Below, in pieces: positions 39,615 to 44,317 of a stretch of DNA of 44,317 nucleotides. Below the pieces are notes generated by a model, which made no database searches, was not told where the DNA came from, and saw only the letters and a program-made list of their open reading frames with translations. Each line of letters begins with the position of its first letter. Within the stretch, counting starts at the first letter, position 1. Origin of the DNA: an uncultured Candidatus Saccharibacteria bacterium. Lineage in GTDB: Bacteria > Patescibacteriota > Saccharimonadia > UBA4664 > CAYXHD01. The stretch spans positions 1-44,317 of the forward strand of contig CAZPDI010000003.1 in assembly GCA_964585425.1 (NCBI GenBank), written 5' to 3'. A program made the translations under genes and the position numbers.

Positions 39615-41296
39615 AGTGGCTAGTGCGAACCGTTCTCGCTTCGCTTTTGATTCTGCTTGTAAGTACACCTGCTCGGGCGGCCGAACAAATCTCTGATTTT
39701 AATAGCGTCGTTACCGTTCAGCAATCCGGTAGGGTCGATGTGGTAGAGACGATTACCTATGATTTTGGTTACACCTCGCGTCACGGGATTTATCGCTACA
39801 TACCGGTTGTTTATACGAGTGACCAGGGCGTTACCTATAAGCCAGGGTTTAATTTTGATTCTGCGTCCGTGGATGGCAAGCCCGCTACATTCTCGACCAG
39901 CCATAAGGACGATAACCAGGCCATCAAAATTGGTGACGCCAATACGACGATCACTGGTTCGCATGTATACACCATTAAGTATCATTTTGATACGCTTGTC
40001 CTTAATAAGGATGGCGATTTGCTGCGGTTTAACGTAACCGGGAGTGGTTGGCAGGTGCCAATTGCTAATGCGACAGTTAAGGTAGTTGGTCCTAGCAATC
40101 CTAGCAATCCTAAGCTTGCCTGCTATACAGGTTCTGCAGGTAGTACCGAGAAAGAGTGTGAAATAAACGCTCAATCGAGCACAATTACGGCCCAACGTAT
40201 TTTTGGCGGTGACGATTTTACCATTGAGGCTCTCTGGCCCGGCGGTACCGTTGCTGGGCATCTTGAGCCATACAAAACACCCTGGTGGGCGAAGGCTTTG
40301 ATTGGTGCAGCGATTGCTTATGTGCTGGTGGGAGTGATTACCCTCATGGCTGCGCTGGTGCGCTGGCTCGGTATACGGGCGGCCGAAAAGCGAGCTCAAA
40401 ATAAGCAGACTATCATTGCGCAGTATGAGCCACCCAAGGGTATGACTGCCGGCGAAATTGGTTTTATCAGTGATAATAAAATAACCTTGGTCGAAGTTAC
40501 TGCAATGTTGATTCAGGCCGCGGTTGAGGGCTTTATTAAGATTGAGCAAGTACAAGAAAAATCATTGCTTAAAAAGGCTGAGTACAAGCTTACCAAACTC
40601 AAAGATTTTGCCAACATGAACATGCATGAGCAAGCGCTGTTGACGGTACTGTTTGATGGTAAGGCAGAAATAAACATGAAGGATATTGATAAAACAGTGG
40701 TACCGGTTGCAATCAAAAAATACCAGGATAGTCTGCGCGATAGCCTTAAAGATCAGGGGCTGTATACCAAGACGAGTAAGTTTACTAGCGCGGCAGTAGC
40801 TGGTGCCCTCTTTGTGCTCCTCTTTTTATCGTTCACGCCGTTTATCTTTGTTTCTATTATTTTTATTCTTCCTATTGCCCTGTATCTTTACAAACGAGCT
40901 GGCCAAACGCCGCGCCGAACGCCACAAGGCCTGACCGCCTGGAGCCACATCGAGGGGTTTAAGCTTTTTTTGAGTGTTACCGAAAAAGATCGCCTGGCTT
41001 TTAGCGATGCGCCAGCCCGTACGCCAAAACAATTTAGTACGTTTTTGCCGTATGCTATTGCGTTGGGGGTCGAAAAAGAGTGGGCTAAGCAATTTGAGGG
41101 CATCGATGTTACCAAGAATATAAACTGGTATGGTGGTGATACACGGGCATTTACCGCCGGGTATTTGGCTGGCAATTTGAGTGATTCATTTGCCTCAACG
41201 GTGGCTACAAGCGCTGCTTCGCCCACCAGTTCCGGTGGCTTTAGTGGCGGATCTTCGGGCGGGGGATTCAGTGGCGGCGGCGGGGGAAGTTGGTAG
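39611..41296 (+). CDS. DUF2207-family membrane protein
   Basis: I prefer GTG at 39611, which overlaps the upstream stop (GTGA) and gives the signal peptide MKWLVRTVLASLLILLVSTPARA. The protein has an extracellular N-domain, TM helices, and the typical Gly/Ser-rich tail GGFSGGSSGGGFSGGGGGSW. Confidence 0.75.
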   Translation: MKWLVRTVLASLLILLVSTPARAAEQISDFNSVVTVQQSGRVDVVETITYDFGYTSRHGIYRYIPVVYTSDQGVTYKPGFNFDSASVDGKPATFSTSHKDDNQAIKIGDANTTITGSHVYTIKYHFDTLVLNKDGDLLRFNVTGSGWQVPIANATVKVVGPSNPSNPKLACYTGSAGSTEKECEINAQSSTITAQRIFGGDDFTIEALWPGGTVAGHLEPYKTPWWAKALIGAAIAYVLVGVITLMAALVRWLGIRAAEKRAQNKQTIIAQYEPPKGMTAGEIGFISDNKITLVEVTAMLIQAAVEGFIKIEQVQEKSLLKKAEYKLTKLKDFANMNMHEQALLTVLFDGKAEINMKDIDKTVVPVAIKKYQDSLRDSLKDQGLYTKTSKFTSAAVAGALFVLLFLSFTPFIFVSIIFILPIALYLYKRAGQTPRRTPQGLTAWSHIEGFKLFLSVTEKDRLAFSDAPARTPKQFSTFLPYAIALGVEKEWAKQFEGIDVTKNINWYGGDTRAFTAGYLAGNLSDSFASTVATSAASPTSSGGFSGGSSGGGFSGGGGGSW

Positions 41297-41351
41297 GCTT
41301 GCCCCACTAATTTATTTTTGTTATGCTTACATCAACAAAGAGGGTGCCGAA

Positions 41352-44078
41352 ATAAAACATAAAGTTACAAGACTAGTAGTATTCTTGCCAGTAATTTTAA
41401 TACTGGTATTTTCGGTAATTGCCTCCAATCGACCTAAAACTGCCCATGCTGCCGATAACGACTTCTCTAACGGTATAACCGTTGACTCAACTCTAGACAC
41501 CCCAGATGCCAATGTTGGCGATAATATCTGCGACGACGGAGACGGCAACTGTACATTGCGTGCCGCCATCCAAGAAGCTAACTCTAATGCTGATGAAACG
41601 ACAATATCTTTTGGCATTGCCCCTTTTGATGGCTCAGTTAAAACAATTCAGCCGACTGTTAAGCTTCCCGAGATAAATGAAGCCACCATTATTGATGGCT
41701 ATAGTCAGGATGATGCAAGCGAGAACACGCAGGTGGCACCGTTGCCGGTTAATACCCAGTTACGTATTGAGCTTGACGGGTCATTGCTCCCAGATGTGAA
41801 TAGTGGAAATATCACTAGCTGCTTATATGTTGTTGATGCCGACAACACCAAGATTAGTGGCTTGATCATCAATAAATGTGGCGGCAGCGGTATTGATATT
41901 CTAAGATCTGACAATACTCAGGTGATGGGAAATTTTATTGGGACTGATGAAACTGGTCTGCTAGATGAAGGCAATGGTCGCGCTACACATAACGGCGTAG
42001 GGGTTTATAGTATCGCCAGTAATCAGGTGCGCATTGGCGGTACTGAGCCTGCAGACCGTAACGTAATTGCAGGTAATCAAAATCAGGATATCTACTGGGG
42101 TAATGAGGGTGACGATGCTAATGGTTCGGGAAATAATGTAGTACAGGGTAATTTTATTGGAGTGGGCGCAGATGGCCTAACGCCATTGCCGGCCGGTTGG
42201 CAAAACGGTAAAGGAAATGCTGTGCTTATGGGAAATACTCATGACGATAAAATTGGTGGCACTGAATCCGGTGCAGGTAATGTTATAGGCAGTAGTTATG
42301 AATACGGCATATCTTTACGTGACGGATGCACCGGCACAATCATTCAGGGTAATTATATTGGTACTGACTATACTGGTTTGGCGCCATTAATACATAATGA
42401 AGGTCAAGGAAATATTAGTAGCGGGATACATATCAGCACTATAACTGGATATTCTCGAGCATCACATGATGTCCTGGTCGGTGGAACTGATCCGGCGGCT
42501 CGCAACATCGTAAGTGGTAACGCTAACAATATTAATCCAGAGTTTGCCTCTGGTGTAGTTATCGATGAGGATGCTTATAACGTTCAAGTTCAAAACAATT
42601 ATCTTGGATTAGGTGTTGATGGCATAACGCCTGTTCCTAACAGCGGTTCTGGGCTGCACATTGGATCAAGTGCGCACGATGTGACTGCCGTGAATAATGT
42701 CATATCTGGAAATGAGCAGATGGGGGTGGGCTTGAATACCCCAACCGGTAGCATAGACAATATTGTGCTTCAGGGGAATTTTATCGGGACTGATGAAACC
42801 GGTAGTTTAGCTGTTGGAAATGGGAAGACCGGGATTGGTATTATTTCAAGAGTTCATAATGTAACTATTGGCGGCTCATCTGCTGGACAAGGGAACATTA
42901 TCGCCAGCAATGGGAATGATGGCATTACTTTGCTTGATAAAACATCATCATCCATTTCTATTAGAGGTAACAAAATAGGTACCGACGTAACGGGCAGCCA
43001 GGATTTAGGTAATTCGTATAATGGTATAGTGTCTGGCTCGGATGATGTAATGATCGGTGGTCCAAACGCCGCAGATGCTAATATTATTGCTTATAATTCT
43101 CAAATTGGCGTTGTTGTTCAGAATGCAGCTATGAATAACACGATCTTGCGTAATTCAATCCACGATAACAGTGGCATGGGGATTGATTTGAACTGGAATG
43201 GGCCGACAGCTAACGATACGCTGGATCCAGATAGTGGATCAAATAACTTACTTAATTACCCCGAAGATATCACCTATGAGGTGTCTGGGGGTGATACTGT
43301 GATACGCTATAATCTGGATGTTCCAGCCGGGAGCTACCGAGTCGAGTTCTTCTCTAATGCTAGTGCTGATGGTTCTGGTTATGGCGAAGGGCAGACCTTT
43401 ATCGGATCACAGGACGTTACATCCACCGGTACCGGCACCCAAAGCTTTACTCGGACTGTTTCCGGTTCATCGCACGCCAATATAGTTGCTACGGCTACCT
43501 TGATAAATACTAACCTTCCCTTTGATTTTGGTGAGACCAGCGAATTTAGTGCTGCAGCAACGGCTTATGAGCCGCCACCACCAGTTTCGGATATTTCATT
43601 AACCAAGACCTTGACGAATCCAAACGATATTGAAATTGGCGCCATGGCTAATTATCACTTGGTTTATAAGAATAATGGTCCCGATGATGCAGATCTGAGT
43701 GGCTATGTGGTTGGTGGTAACCCGTTTATGTACGACTATGTACCTGGAGAAGACTTAATTAACGCAGCAAACTATGTGGCTGATGGGCCATTCCCGGGCA
43801 CATATTTTATAGATGTTAACAACCCGCAGGTAGTCTGTCTGTATGGAGGAGCACCAGGAGCATCTGCATTGGGTCTAACCAGCGATACTAGTATTGGGGT
43901 GGTGGCTTGTTGGTTGGCTGGTGGTGACACAACGTTGGCTTCGGGTGCCTCACTTGCAATTGACTTAAGCTTTGAGGTTGCACCAGGTTCTGACTTGCAG
44001 TTTACTAATTACGCTTTCGCACTTCCTGCTGCAGGTGACCCTGATACCTCTATGCCTTTGCAGCTTTCAAGGCCATGA
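41352..44078 (+). CDS. large secreted right-handed beta-helix adhesin (CSLREA-type N-motif, PbH1 repeats, DUF11-like C-domain); start codon uncertain
   Basis: CTLRAAIQEAN motif. Many NxIxGNxxxGI repeats (NVISGNEQMGVGL, NIIASNGNDGITL, NSIHDNSGMGIDL). DISLTKTLTNP...YKNNGPDDA is DUF11-like. The signal peptide KHKVTRLVVFLPVILILVFSVIASNRPKTAHA/A begins at an ATA codon (41352), 2 nt after AAAGAGGGTGCCGA. The only upstream in-frame ATG (41181) lies inside the DUF2207 gene. Confidence 0.65.
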   Translation: MKHKVTRLVVFLPVILILVFSVIASNRPKTAHAADNDFSNGITVDSTLDTPDANVGDNICDDGDGNCTLRAAIQEANSNADETTISFGIAPFDGSVKTIQPTVKLPEINEATIIDGYSQDDASENTQVAPLPVNTQLRIELDGSLLPDVNSGNITSCLYVVDADNTKISGLIINKCGGSGIDILRSDNTQVMGNFIGTDETGLLDEGNGRATHNGVGVYSIASNQVRIGGTEPADRNVIAGNQNQDIYWGNEGDDANGSGNNVVQGNFIGVGADGLTPLPAGWQNGKGNAVLMGNTHDDKIGGTESGAGNVIGSSYEYGISLRDGCTGTIIQGNYIGTDYTGLAPLIHNEGQGNISSGIHISTITGYSRASHDVLVGGTDPAARNIVSGNANNINPEFASGVVIDEDAYNVQVQNNYLGLGVDGITPVPNSGSGLHIGSSAHDVTAVNNVISGNEQMGVGLNTPTGSIDNIVLQGNFIGTDETGSLAVGNGKTGIGIISRVHNVTIGGSSAGQGNIIASNGNDGITLLDKTSSSISIRGNKIGTDVTGSQDLGNSYNGIVSGSDDVMIGGPNAADANIIAYNSQIGVVVQNAAMNNTILRNSIHDNSGMGIDLNWNGPTANDTLDPDSGSNNLLNYPEDITYEVSGGDTVIRYNLDVPAGSYRVEFFSNASADGSGYGEGQTFIGSQDVTSTGTGTQSFTRTVSGSSHANIVATATLINTNLPFDFGETSEFSAAATAYEPPPPVSDISLTKTLTNPNDIEIGAMANYHLVYKNNGPDDADLSGYVVGGNPFMYDYVPGEDLINAANYVADGPFPGTYFIDVNNPQVVCLYGGAPGASALGLTSDTSIGVVACWLAGGDTTLASGASLAIDLSFEVAPGSDLQFTNYAFALPAAGDPDTSMPLQLSRP

Positions 44079-44287
44079 ACAATCCGCCCAACAATTTTGC
44101 AGCCGCTCCATATCCTATACCTCCAGATCCTGATCCCGGCGATGGTAACGGTCAAAACAGCGGTGGCAATAATGCCTCTGGTGGTGGCCCACTGGCTTCA
44201 ACCGGTGCCAGTACCTTAATCTTAGTTGGCATGGCCTCGTTATTGATACTATCCAGTGGTGTGGTAATATCGCGACGCTACCGCTAG
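44075..44287 (+). CDS. 70-aa ORF consisting only of a Pro/Gly-rich linker plus an LAxTG (PLASTG) sorting signal; probably the detached C-terminus of the upstream adhesin
   Basis: It has no signal peptide of its own. PLASTG is followed by a hydrophobic helix and RRYR. Its ATG overlaps the adhesin stop (ATGA), and its frame is open only from 44045. Confidence 0.5.
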   Translation: MNNPPNNFAAAPYPIPPDPDPGDGNGQNSGGNNASGGGPLASTGASTLILVGMASLLILSSGVVISRRYR

Positions 44288-44317
44288 ACTTGAAAAAACG
44301 TCTGCCATCTGCTAAAC

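Noticed and set aside
39620-40555. 311-aa minus-strand ORF
   Set aside because: It is antisense to the well-supported DUF2207 gene and has a low-complexity, Arg/Leu/Asn/Cys-rich composition. It has no RBS or promoter signal. The same reasoning applies to 40513..40716, 40826..41092 and 40888..41307.

Overview
This is a 44.3-kb, densely coded chromosomal window with about 60 CDS and 2 tRNA genes. I found no rRNA, CRISPR array, transposase or integrase. The gene content suggests a small-genome monoderm bacterium: a sortase with LAxTG-type substrates, a heliorhodopsin, a BdbC/BdbD-type Dsb pair, TatAC, and many small secreted or membrane hypotheticals. A Patescibacteria/CPR (Saccharibacteria-like) origin is my inference only.

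Recognisable genes include:
- Metabolism and transport: trpB (3' part)-trpA, EamA transporter, PAP2 phosphatase plus DAGK-type lipid kinase, GltS-like symporter, MgtE, an ABC-2 exporter pair.
- Heliorhodopsin followed by cupin and SDR genes.
- Regulation: Crp/Fnr, a histidine kinase, an OmpR-type response regulator.
- Envelope and surface: HdeD, sortase, TatA/TatC, M23 peptidase, O-antigen-ligase-like protein, DsbB/DsbA, FtsB-like protein, DUF2207, a large beta-helix adhesin.
- Other: RadC, MazG, an RRM RNA-binding protein.

Most interesting observations:
1. A tight co-directional cluster at 23284..26558 resembles a rearranged ComX/ComP/ComQ prenylated-peptide signalling module. It contains an untracked 38-aa Trp-containing ORF, a polytopic histidine kinase, and a 591-aa fusion carrying a class II terpene-cyclase DxDD motif plus two polyprenyl-synthase-like DDxxD motifs.
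2. An ~89-bp repeat family ('U') brackets single-gene cassettes at two loci. One cassette carries a gene with foreign codon usage.
3. A tRNA with a Leu-type body carries an ACC anticodon, and its anticodon arm is duplicated about 100 nt downstream.
4. A tatA-tatC-led operon encodes two paralogous WxL/SCPU-like secreted proteins and a membrane-anchored Ig-like protein, next to the sortase.
5. The genes heliorhodopsin-cupin-SDR appear to form an operon.
6. A sortase-anchored canonical C-type lectin is present.
7. An adhesin is split from its LAxTG sorting signal by a frame change.
8. A TGn-TATAAT box sits 6-8 nt upstream of many start codons, which suggests leaderless mRNAs.

All domain calls come from motif recognition by eye. 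No database search was possible.
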